This document shows positions 49,942 to 58,721 of a stretch of DNA of 64,000 nt, one piece after another (position 1 is the stretch's first letter; each line of letters starts with the position of its first letter). The stretch covers positions 6,034-70,033 of the forward strand of contig JAFRAK010000028.1 in the NCBI GenBank assembly GCA_017405445.1, in the 5' to 3' direction. The translations under genes were made by a program, and so were the position numbers. The stretch is from Bacilli bacterium (GTDB taxonomy: Bacteria; Bacillota_I; Bacilli_A; RF39; UBA660). The notes under the pieces were generated by a model. The model was not told the origin of the DNA. It ran no database searches and saw nothing but the letters and a program-made list of their open reading frames with translations.

Positions 49942-50853
49942 ATGATTAAAGTAGTAGATAAAATAGAAGAAGCTAATTGTATTACTCATAGTGGAACAAT
50001 GCATGCAGATGAAGTATTTTCAACTGCATTTTTGGACTTATATTTAGAAAATGTAAAAGTATTTCGTACTGCAAAAGTAGAAGGATACAAAATAAGAGAA
50101 GATCAATTAGTATATGATATTGGTAGAGGAAAATTTGATCATCATCAACAAGATGCATTAAGAAGAGATAATAATATTCCATATTGTTCATTTGGATTAT
50201 TATGGAAAGAATATGGAAAAGAATTTTTAAAAAAATATGATATTTTACTAATTGATAAAGTATTTACTGGAATTGATAAAGATTTAGTAGAAGGAATTGA
50301 TGCTGATGATAATGGAGTATTTCCAAAAATAGAAGCTCCATATCGAGTAAAAACAATTCCAAATGTAATTAAAATATTTAATCCTAGCTATGATTCAGGG
50401 CAAATTGAATCAGAACAATTTGAAAAAGCCTGTAAAATAGCCCGCGATATTATAGAAGAAGAAGTCTATTATATGAATGGTAAAGTACAAGCTGAAGAAG
50501 AGATTATGAAACAATTAGAAGGTGTTGGAAAAGATAGTCATTATTTATTATTAGATAAATTTTTACCATATGAAGAAACAATTCTTCAGACACCTGAGGC
50601 AGAAAACTTATATTTTGTAGCTTATCCTTCTAATAGAGGAGGCTATGCGATTAAAGTTGTTCCTAAAAGTTTAGAAGATCGCATTCCAAGATTACCATTT
50701 CCTGAAGAATGGGCAGGCTTAGAAGGAGAAGAATTAGAAGAAGTATCTAAAATAACTGGATTATCATTCTGCCATTCAGGAAGATTTATTGTAACTTGTA
50801 AAACATTAGACGCAGTATATAAAGTACTAGAAAAAATATTAGTTGACTGTTAA
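49942..50853 (+). CDS. MYG1/UPF0160-family metal-dependent hydrolase
   Basis: 303 aa. THSGTMHADEVFSTAFL and FDHHQ motifs are characteristic of MYG1. Confidence 0.8.
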   Translation: MIKVVDKIEEANCITHSGTMHADEVFSTAFLDLYLENVKVFRTAKVEGYKIREDQLVYDIGRGKFDHHQQDALRRDNNIPYCSFGLLWKEYGKEFLKKYDILLIDKVFTGIDKDLVEGIDADDNGVFPKIEAPYRVKTIPNVIKIFNPSYDSGQIESEQFEKACKIARDIIEEEVYYMNGKVQAEEEIMKQLEGVGKDSHYLLLDKFLPYEETILQTPEAENLYFVAYPSNRGGYAIKVVPKSLEDRIPRLPFPEEWAGLEGEELEEVSKITGLSFCHSGRFIVTCKTLDAVYKVLEKILVDC

Positions 50854-50928
50854 ATAAAGATTTTTCTTTTAAATTCATTGAAAATAAAGTTCATATTAAG
50901 ATATGATAGATACAAGAGGTGTACATTA

Positions 50929-51495
50929 GTGAAAAAAGAACTTATAAAAAACGTAATATATACATCTATTATTCTTTTAATCGCAATAATTTCTACATAT
51001 ATAATTTATGATAAATTTAAAAATGATCGAGAAACAGATTTTAATTCAAAATCATTAGAAGTTGTATATCACAATTCTACAAAAGATAAAATTGAAATAA
51101 CAAAAGTAACTCCTGTTACTGATTCAGTAGGATTATCATCAAATGCTTATCGTCTAAGTATTAAAAACAATCTTACTGTTGGAGTGGATTATACGATTAA
51201 AATAAAAGATGATTTAGAAAAGATATTAGAAGATGAATGTGGCGCAAGTCAAATATCAAAAAATGACATTAGAATTTCTATAAAAGCCGGAAAAGGAACA
51301 AATAAAATTTATGACTTAATTGACTTAGAAGATGATATTTTATTTGAAAACACATTAAAAGCTTTAGAAAAAGAAGAAATAGTAATCAGAGTTTGGATTA
51401 ACAAAGATAGTGCCTTTGGAGGTAGCAATCTTCATTATCATGGATTGATACAAGTATTAGAAAATGATAGTATTGTCGCAATTAATACAAAATAG
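50929..51495 (+). CDS. Hypothetical signal-anchored small protein (possible distant member of the beta-rich module family)
   Basis: About 188 aa from GTG 50929 (AAGAGGTG 7 nt upstream; the ORF track starts at TTG 50878). TM helix VIYTSIILLIAIISTYIIY. Weak pattern similarity only (AYRLSIKNNLTVGVDY; EKEEIVIRVWINKD). Confidence 0.5.
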   Translation: MKKELIKNVIYTSIILLIAIISTYIIYDKFKNDRETDFNSKSLEVVYHNSTKDKIEITKVTPVTDSVGLSSNAYRLSIKNNLTVGVDYTIKIKDDLEKILEDECGASQISKNDIRISIKAGKGTNKIYDLIDLEDDILFENTLKALEKEEIVIRVWINKDSAFGGSNLHYHGLIQVLENDSIVAINTK

Positions 51496-51503
51496 GAGGA
51501 TCT

Positions 51504-51959
51504 ATGGAGATTGATTTAAGTAGTTTATATAGTCATACACTAGAAGAAATAGATATTAGTGGAGATTATAATCTACCAGAAGAGTATTACGAAAATTCAG
51601 ATATTATTCGTATTGAAAAACTACATGTAGACGGAATAATCAAAGAAGATGATCATATAAATGCAAAAATAGAAGGAGTATTAATTCTACCAGATTCTAT
51701 CTCATTAGAAGAAGTTGAGTATCCTTTTTGTATAGAATATGATGATAAAATCGAAGAAAATTGCAAAAAAGGAGAAAATATACTTGATATTTTTCAGTTT
51801 TTATGGGAAAATATTGTACTAGAGGTCCCCTTACAGTTTACTAGGGTTGATGATCTCAGTAAATTTCATGGGGATGGATGGAAGCTAATTAGCGAAGATG
51901 AATTAAAAGAACAAAATAATCCATTTCGTGATTTATTAAAAGATTATGATAAGGAGTGA
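51504..51959 (+). CDS. yceD: YceD/DUF177-family protein
   Basis: 151 aa, acidic, immediately upstream of rpmF (the conserved yceD-rpmF pair). Contains ILLEVP-like NIVLEVPLQ and a C-terminal NPFRDLL. Confidence 0.75.
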   Translation: MEIDLSSLYSHTLEEIDISGDYNLPEEYYENSDIIRIEKLHVDGIIKEDDHINAKIEGVLILPDSISLEEVEYPFCIEYDDKIEENCKKGENILDIFQFLWENIVLEVPLQFTRVDDLSKFHGDGWKLISEDELKEQNNPFRDLLKDYDKE

Positions 51960-51965
51960 GATACT

Positions 51966-52178
51966 ATGATGAAATTAAATATTCAATTATTTGCTGTTCC
52001 TTTCCGTAAGGTATCAAAGACTAGAAAAAGATTAAGAAGAAGTCATAATGCAATGGAAGTTCCTGGAATGACAAAATGCCCTAGTTGTGGGGAAATGATT
52101 AAACCACATAGAGTATGTCCTAAATGTGGAACTTATAAAGGAAAAGTTGAAGTTAATACAAATAAAGAAGTAGAATAA
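51966..52178 (+). CDS. rpmF: 50S ribosomal protein L32 with a 9-residue N-terminal extension
   Basis: [27 protein letters not shown]...[22 protein letters not shown]. The body is canonical zinc-ribbon L32. SD AAGGAG at 51951-51956 sits 9 nt before ATG 51966. The codon before GCT (Ala) is TTT, not ATG. Confidence 0.92.
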   Translation: MMKLNIQLFAVPFRKVSKTRKRLRRSHNAMEVPGMTKCPSCGEMIKPHRVCPKCGTYKGKVEVNTNKEVE

Positions 52179-52193
52179 TTTCTACTTTTTTTA
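52168..52193 (+). terminator. Rho-independent terminator after rpmF
   Basis: AAGTAGAA (52168-52175) / TAAT / TTCTACTT (52180-52187), then a T-run. Confidence 0.7.
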
Positions 52194-52335
52194 TTTTCTT
52201 TTTTTGAATTATCTTATATAATGTTATTTGGTAGGGTATGTGAATTAGAAAAATTGAAAAATAGATTTTTATATATTTTCTTTTTTCTAAGAATCATATA
52301 TAATAGTATATAGTAGAGTATAGGGAGTGTGTAAG

Positions 52336-55300
52336 ATGATGTCAAAGAAGAAAAAATTATCAACAAAAGGTTTTTCTTTAATTGAATTATTAGGCGTTAT
52401 GGTTATATTAAGTATATTAGCTGTTATTTCTATTTCAGCAGTTACTAGATATATTGACCAAAGTAGAAAACAAAAAGTTGTTCAAAATAAGAAAAATGTG
52501 GCAATTGCGGCTGAATTGTATTTACAAGCCAATCGTGATTTAATGCCAAAAATGATCGGAGAAGTTGTTTATGTTCCTTTATCTGATTTAAGAAATACAA
52601 ACTATATTAAAGAGGATGTAACAAATGAAAAAGGGGAAGACTGTATGAGAGAATCCTTCGTACGTGTCTTTAAGTTGGGTGAAGGAGACTATAATTACAC
52701 TACTTACCTATTTTGTGGTGGAGAAAAAGCACCAGAAAATGTTGAACCAGCAAAACCATATCTTGAAGATTTAAAAGATGAAAATGAAAATAAATTTGTA
52801 AAAGTCTTATTCTCAACAAAAGATGATGTTAAAAAAGCTAATTTCTCATTTAAATTAAAAGGTGGTAAAAATACTCAAACTCAAGAGAATATTGGATTAT
52901 ATAGTTATAGTTACTCTATTTTAGTTAAAGTAAGTCCAAATCAAGTTCTATATGATAAAGATGGTAATTTAATCACACAACAAGAAGGATTTACAGAAAT
53001 ATATAACTCAGGAACTATCGCAGCAAATAGAAATCCAGCAATTGAATTTAAATCTAGACCAATATCATCATATGTAGATTTACCAGGAGTTACAGCTGTA
53101 CAAGTTAAAGTAACTGCATTGAATGAAGAAGGAGGATTCCTATCATATGTAACAGAAGGAATCGGTAATGCTGGAGGAGAAACAGAATATGACGATAATG
53201 TTAAACCAATTTGTCCAGCACTTGATGATTTTGCAGGCCGTATTGGAGAACCTAGAAGTTTAAATGATTGGATTGGAAAAGACAAAATTGGAACTAACGA
53301 ATATCCAAGAGTTATTACTCTAAAATGTGAAGATGGAGATGGATCTGGTTGTAAGAGAGATACCTTTACAGAATCATGGCCAAATGAAGAAAGAGATCCA
53401 TTTGGAATAATGTTTGGAGAAATAGTATTAGAAGATAACTCAGTAGTAGATGCTAATGGTAATATTAAAGAACCAAATAAAGAAATATGTCCAATTAACG
53501 TATTCGTAGATTTACAATCACCATCTGTAGAAATTACTCCTGTTAATCCAAGTCCTAAAGATGGACATGCTATGAACGTAGGAAAAGATATGGAGTATCG
53601 TGGTAGAAAATGGCAAAACTCTGTCAGAGTACATGATTCTGAAGAACCAGAAGATAGAGTCCCTAAAAAGGATAATTTAGATGAAATAACCATGACAATT
53701 ACAGATCTTAACTATTTAGATGTATATAACGAGTATGATAAAGATGAAGGATGGTTAAATGATGAGTTCTTCCCTGAAGGAATTGAATATGATATCGTAC
53801 TAAAAGATAATATTTACTTATATTCTTATACTTGGGAAGTTAATGAACCATATCTAAATACTAGTGCACCATACTTAAAAGAAGTATCAATGAATAATCC
53901 AGAAAGTGTTGCTTGGTACAGAGTAGATGATCCAGAAATGGCAATTAATGAAGATGAATTACTACAAAATAGACAATCATTAACTCCTGAAGAAAATGAA
54001 TTACATATAACAATTAGCTTTAAAGAAGAAGGTGCCAGATACGGAATCTTAACAGTATATGATAGAGCTGGTAATTCGACTACAATTTATATTTATGCAA
54101 ACCTAGATAGAACTTACCCTCCAATTGAAGAACATGATTATGGAATTCAAGATTTCGAAATAAATGAAAATGATATTCGTTGGGTAGAAATTGAGTATCC
54201 ACCAGAAACAGATCTTGAAGATACCTTATCTGCTGAAGAAGGAGAAGCAATTGGAATGGATATCAATGATGATATGTTCCAAGGATATGATGTATGTGAT
54301 GATGAAGCTTATTTAGGAAAAGATGATGGACCTTTACAAATAAATATTAATGGAAAAGAAAGTGGTACACAAGGAAATGTAGTTGATTGTATCCAAGGTA
54401 AAACGAAATATAATAAGCCTGGTGAAATACCAAAAGCATGTGTTGTATTAAATCATGATGTCTATGGTACTTACTATGGTTCCGATGAACAAATTGTTGA
54501 AAGAGAAGTAACAGGATGTTATAAAATTGGTACCGTAAAAGGAGACAATGGAATAGAACAAAAAGATTATAAAGATGATTCTGTATTTGAAACACTAGAA
54601 CAATATAAATCTGGGACATGGTCTAACGAGGAAATGGTATGTGGGCCAAGTACAGAAATGACTTTAGATAATTATTATACAAGAATAACAGAAGAAGGAA
54701 ATAAAGAAAGAGTAGAAATACCTGATGAAATATCAGGTTGGGTAGGAGTTCATATTCTTTATTTCCGTCAAAAAGGGATTAAGAAAGTTTATGATAAAGA
54801 AGAGGCTCCTCAGTGGAAATATACATATGATAAAAAAGATAATATAGGAAAAGAAACTGAAGAAGAAGAGGAACCAGAAACATCACCATATAATAGACCT
54901 TCAATATACGAAATAGTATATGGAGATAGTGAAGAATCTGATCCTGAGTATGTTAAGCATTATTCAATTACTAGTTTAGATAGAGAATCATGGCCAATCT
55001 TTGATGACCAAGGAACTCACCAATTACAATGGAAAAACTGTGATAAAGCAGGAAATTGTTCAGAATATGAATTAAAAGAAAATATAAAAATTGATACAAT
55101 AAAACCAAAATGCTACAATTCACTTGTATATAATGATGAATTAAATAGTGATAGTAAAACTGGACCAAACCACAACGGATGGTTATATGATAAACAAGCA
55201 GCAACAGTTTATCATGGCTGTGCAGATACTTCTCACTATGATGTAAAAAGTTATTTCGAAGCAATGTCAAGTATTAAGAATAGTATTCTTGGATTACAAA

Positions 55301-58300
55301 ATACACAATATTATCAAGTCAATGATTTTGTATATGATGAATTTGGAAGTGGATGTGCTAAATCAGAAGATCGTACCGATAAAACAATGAAATATGATAA
55401 AGATGTTTATACTTGCGAAGCAGGAACGGATGGAGTACAAAAATATGGAACTGTAGTAGATGTTGCAGGAAATATTGGAGAATGTAGTAATGGTGTGTCA
55501 ATATGGAAAGATACTGCTCCACCATTATGTGGTACAAGTATTTACTACGAAGGAACAAATAGTGAAGAAGAGGAAGATCATAAATACAACGTTCCAAATC
55601 GATATGGATGGGCGAATGATGGAATGACTGCTAAAATCATGAAAACATGTAATGATAGTACTGATGCAAAAGTAAGTGCATATCCAGCAACAGATCCACC
55701 TTCTCGTTATGATGAAAACGGTGACATTTTATCAGCTGAAGAATATGAAAAAAAATATGATGCATGGGCTGAAACTGAAAAAGTATATAGTGGATGTAGA
55801 AGAAGTGATAGTGTCAATAAAGATGATTACTATAATTCACTTAATAGATCTAGAATACCAAGTACTTACAGAGTTACAGAAGAAATGCTAGGATATAATG
55901 GATTTGCCTATAAACCTCCAAAAGATGAAAATGGTGAAAGACAAGGATTAGTACAAGTAGATAAAAATACATATTATTACCAACATTTTTATTCAACAGA
56001 GTCGAAACAATTCTTTTATGAAGATACCTATAATGGTGGTTATTACTTTATCCCAAGAAATAATGCAAGTTATATAATAGAAACTACAGATGACGTTAAA
56101 GGTAAAGTAGGAGCTGAAGGAGCAAAACCAACATATCATGAAGCTGGTACAGTTTATATTGATAAAGATGAGAAAAAACCATTATTAGATGAATATGGAA
56201 ATGAAGTAATAAGTGAGTATTCATATGCTATCCTAGAACAACAAGGTGGATATATCATGGATCAGGCAGGAAATATTAGTGAAAGGCCATGTAAATTAGC
56301 AACAGCTGCTAAAGACTCTAAAGCACCTGAATGTAAAAACAGAGTTACAGCAATGAATACAGTAAAAACGACAAAAGATAGTGCCGGAGTAGTGCGTGGA
56401 GTATTCCACCTAGGTGATTACAACGAAGAAATAAAAGATTATGATAAATGGGTTGGTACAGTTGGAAAAAATGGACACGAAGAATATATAAAAGTATATA
56501 AAGGATGTAATGATGTCCCAGTACCAAATTATCCAGGAGTAGCTGGAGTAGCAATGAGCTTGTGTGACCAACAATTCTTAGGAGAAAATATTCCAGGAAA
56601 TTATTGGTTATATGGAAATGTATATGAATTTATAGATGAAATTGATAGACAAAGAAATACACCTGGATCAAGAAAAGGTAGTGCGGGAGTTACCTTTGAA
56701 GGACCGGATGCAAACCCTACAGGTGAAAAAGTTAGAGACTATGCTGGAAACCCTGGTACAGGTCTTTGTACACCGGTAGATGCCAATATTGATTATTACT
56801 TACCTAAGTGTCAAGTTGTACTTGCAGAAGGTGGTTCTGGTGTGATAGGATTTCAATATCCAGATTATGATCCTAATACTTTACACCCCGTAATAGGTAG
56901 AGCATCAATTATGTATAAGAATTGGGATACAAGAGAAGGTATAGTGGCTTATGCTAGATGCATCACAGACTATGATGAAGTTGTACAAGAAGATATAGCA
57001 AGTGGTTGTGATGATATTGGACAATGGGGTGATAAAGTACTTATCACAAAACAAGATGAGTTTACAGGTGAGTGGAAAACTGAACCGACTGGTGTACGTC
57101 AAACGGGATTTACTTATTTGGGTGCAAATCATGATGAAACAGTTGAATTATATACAACTGATTTAGCGGGTAATGCTAAATTATGTACTGTCGAAGAAGG
57201 AAGTACATTCCGTATAAAGCAAGATATGAAAGCACCAGAAGTAACTTGTAGCTTCTGGGGTGGATATGTAAAAGATTATCAAGTCTATCCATCCGTACAT
57301 CATCCTCAGTCATACATGCATATTCATATAGATTCTATCGAAGATGTTGGAGCAGAACCTGATAATTATGCTGTTGGCATATATTATGCAGGAGAAAATG
57401 ATCCAGAACTTGATAGATCAAGAAAAGATAGTTGGATATATCAAGGTAAACCATTATCTAACAATCTTTATTTCGATAATTCAGTGCGAAGAGGATCAAT
57501 GGCAGAATTAACAAATTTTGTTGAATACAATGGAGATAAAGTACCACTAAGACCAGGAGTTTATGATTATGATATACCATTATCTTGTGGCCCTTATGGT
57601 GGAGGTACTGCAAAAATCAGGGGAGTAATATCAGTTGTTGATAAAAATGGTAACATTAATAGAGTTGAGTGTGATGCAGATAGATCAAAACCAGGTATGC
57701 AAAATAAAGACTGGGTTGATGTACCATATTGTTGTGATAGAACAGATGAAAATTGGGTATATAAAGAACCTGTATGGACTGATTGTCGTGTGTGTGGAGA
57801 AGCACAAATACACTATAAGGTACAAGATAAGGTAGCACATTCAATTTATAATGAAGGAGTCGAGTGTTCTATGACTGATGTTCTTGAAGAGAGAGCATGT
57901 GATAACTTACCAACTGATTGCTGCAGATGGGATATGCAAGTACATTACAACACATGTAGTGCTGAAGGATCAAGTAATCCTTGCTCATTTGGAGTAAGAA
58001 GTCAGTATTCAGTTTCTGGATTTCCGGGAATGGGAGGACTATACTGTTCTGAAGAAGGAGTAAATTATTCCTTGTGTCAAGCTGATGAAAATGAGTGTAG
58101 ACGTTTGGGTCAGAGTAGTTATTCTTCTACTCCAACATCAAAAAGTTGTCAATTAAGAATTGTGCAAAACGTAAAACCTGACCAAGACATTATAGTATTA
58201 AAGCCAAGTACACAATCGAATAATAATTGTAGAATAGCTGGAGCAACTAGTCAATGTACATATTCAATTAATAGAGACAATAATACACTAAGATTTAGTG

Positions 58301-58704
58301 CAAATAAGATAGGCTCTAATCAGAAAGAGTCAAGTTATAAAACAGGATGTTCCTTATCTATTACTTGGTCAAGTAAGAATACATCATCACTCGATTTTAA
58401 TGGTTCCCAATTTAAATCTCAAAATGTGTATATTGCAAAATGTGATAATAAACAAAATAAATTTTTAAGAGATGGAAATGGAAATATACCAGATTATATC
58501 TATTGTATTTCTCATGGTGTTTCCGATGACCCAACAAACCGTTTAGGAGAACACGTATGCGCAACTTCTGAGTCAGAAGCCACATCATATTGTAAAGCAC
58601 AAGTAAAAGTAGCACCTAGTACTCCAGATACGCCAGATGATCCACCTCCAGCAGTAGTTACACCTAAGCCAAGTGTTGACCCTTATGATGATGAAAGGGA
58701 TTAG
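52336..58704 (+). CDS. Giant (~2,122 aa) modular protein with a type IV prepilin-type N-terminal cleavage/methylation signal
   Basis: GGGAG lies 8 nt before ATG 52336. MMSKKKKLSTKG|FSLIELLGVMVILSILAVISISAV fits the prepilin consensus (G-1, F+1, E+5). A small pilin-like head carries two Cys (...GEDCMRES...YLFCGG). About 2,000 aa follow, with recurrent D-x-AGN...D-x-x-x-P-x-C module junctions, a Cys-rich C-terminal third and a Pro/Asp-rich tail. Confidence 0.85.
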   Translation: MMSKKKKLSTKGFSLIELLGVMVILSILAVISISAVTRYIDQSRKQKVVQNKKNVAIAAELYLQANRDLMPKMIGEVVYVPLSDLRNTNYIKEDVTNEKGEDCMRESFVRVFKLGEGDYNYTTYLFCGGEKAPENVEPAKPYLEDLKDENENKFVKVLFSTKDDVKKANFSFKLKGGKNTQTQENIGLYSYSYSILVKVSPNQVLYDKDGNLITQQEGFTEIYNSGTIAANRNPAIEFKSRPISSYVDLPGVTAVQVKVTALNEEGGFLSYVTEGIGNAGGETEYDDNVKPICPALDDFAGRIGEPRSLNDWIGKDKIGTNEYPRVITLKCEDGDGSGCKRDTFTESWPNEERDPFGIMFGEIVLEDNSVVDANGNIKEPNKEICPINVFVDLQSPSVEITPVNPSPKDGHAMNVGKDMEYRGRKWQNSVRVHDSEEPEDRVPKKDNLDEITMTITDLNYLDVYNEYDKDEGWLNDEFFPEGIEYDIVLKDNIYLYSYTWEVNEPYLNTSAPYLKEVSMNNPESVAWYRVDDPEMAINEDELLQNRQSLTPEENELHITISFKEEGARYGILTVYDRAGNSTTIYIYANLDRTYPPIEEHDYGIQDFEINENDIRWVEIEYPPETDLEDTLSAEEGEAIGMDINDDMFQGYDVCDDEAYLGKDDGPLQININGKESGTQGNVVDCIQGKTKYNKPGEIPKACVVLNHDVYGTYYGSDEQIVEREVTGCYKIGTVKGDNGIEQKDYKDDSVFETLEQYKSGTWSNEEMVCGPSTEMTLDNYYTRITEEGNKERVEIPDEISGWVGVHILYFRQKGIKKVYDKEEAPQWKYTYDKKDNIGKETEEEEEPETSPYNRPSIYEIVYGDSEESDPEYVKHYSITSLDRESWPIFDDQGTHQLQWKNCDKAGNCSEYELKENIKIDTIKPKCYNSLVYNDELNSDSKTGPNHNGWLYDKQAATVYHGCADTSHYDVKSYFEAMSSIKNSILGLQNTQYYQVNDFVYDEFGSGCAKSEDRTDKTMKYDKDVYTCEAGTDGVQKYGTVVDVAGNIGECSNGVSIWKDTAPPLCGTSIYYEGTNSEEEEDHKYNVPNRYGWANDGMTAKIMKTCNDSTDAKVSAYPATDPPSRYDENGDILSAEEYEKKYDAWAETEKVYSGCRRSDSVNKDDYYNSLNRSRIPSTYRVTEEMLGYNGFAYKPPKDENGERQGLVQVDKNTYYYQHFYSTESKQFFYEDTYNGGYYFIPRNNASYIIETTDDVKGKVGAEGAKPTYHEAGTVYIDKDEKKPLLDEYGNEVISEYSYAILEQQGGYIMDQAGNISERPCKLATAAKDSKAPECKNRVTAMNTVKTTKDSAGVVRGVFHLGDYNEEIKDYDKWVGTVGKNGHEEYIKVYKGCNDVPVPNYPGVAGVAMSLCDQQFLGENIPGNYWLYGNVYEFIDEIDRQRNTPGSRKGSAGVTFEGPDANPTGEKVRDYAGNPGTGLCTPVDANIDYYLPKCQVVLAEGGSGVIGFQYPDYDPNTLHPVIGRASIMYKNWDTREGIVAYARCITDYDEVVQEDIASGCDDIGQWGDKVLITKQDEFTGEWKTEPTGVRQTGFTYLGANHDETVELYTTDLAGNAKLCTVEEGSTFRIKQDMKAPEVTCSFWGGYVKDYQVYPSVHHPQSYMHIHIDSIEDVGAEPDNYAVGIYYAGENDPELDRSRKDSWIYQGKPLSNNLYFDNSVRRGSMAELTNFVEYNGDKVPLRPGVYDYDIPLSCGPYGGGTAKIRGVISVVDKNGNINRVECDADRSKPGMQNKDWVDVPYCCDRTDENWVYKEPVWTDCRVCGEAQIHYKVQDKVAHSIYNEGVECSMTDVLEERACDNLPTDCCRWDMQVHYNTCSAEGSSNPCSFGVRSQYSVSGFPGMGGLYCSEEGVNYSLCQADENECRRLGQSSYSSTPTSKSCQLRIVQNVKPDQDIIVLKPSTQSNNNCRIAGATSQCTYSINRDNNTLRFSANKIGSNQKESSYKTGCSLSITWSSKNTSSLDFNGSQFKSQNVYIAKCDNKQNKFLRDGNGNIPDYIYCISHGVSDDPTNRLGEHVCATSESEATSYCKAQVKVAPSTPDTPDDPPPAVVTPKPSVDPYDDERD

Positions 58705-58721
58705 AGAAAGGAGAAAAAACA

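Noticed and set aside
52941-53693. A 250-aa antisense ORF inside the giant pilin-like gene, plus other long minus-strand ORFs (45722-46135, 39786-40175, 33695-33991, 11747-12073, 9784-10107).
   Set aside because: All lie fully inside strong plus-strand genes with recognisable motifs. Their products are S/L/P/I-rich low-complexity strings typical of the reverse complement of GAA/GAT/AAA-rich coding DNA. I saw no SD motifs upstream and recognised no motifs in them.
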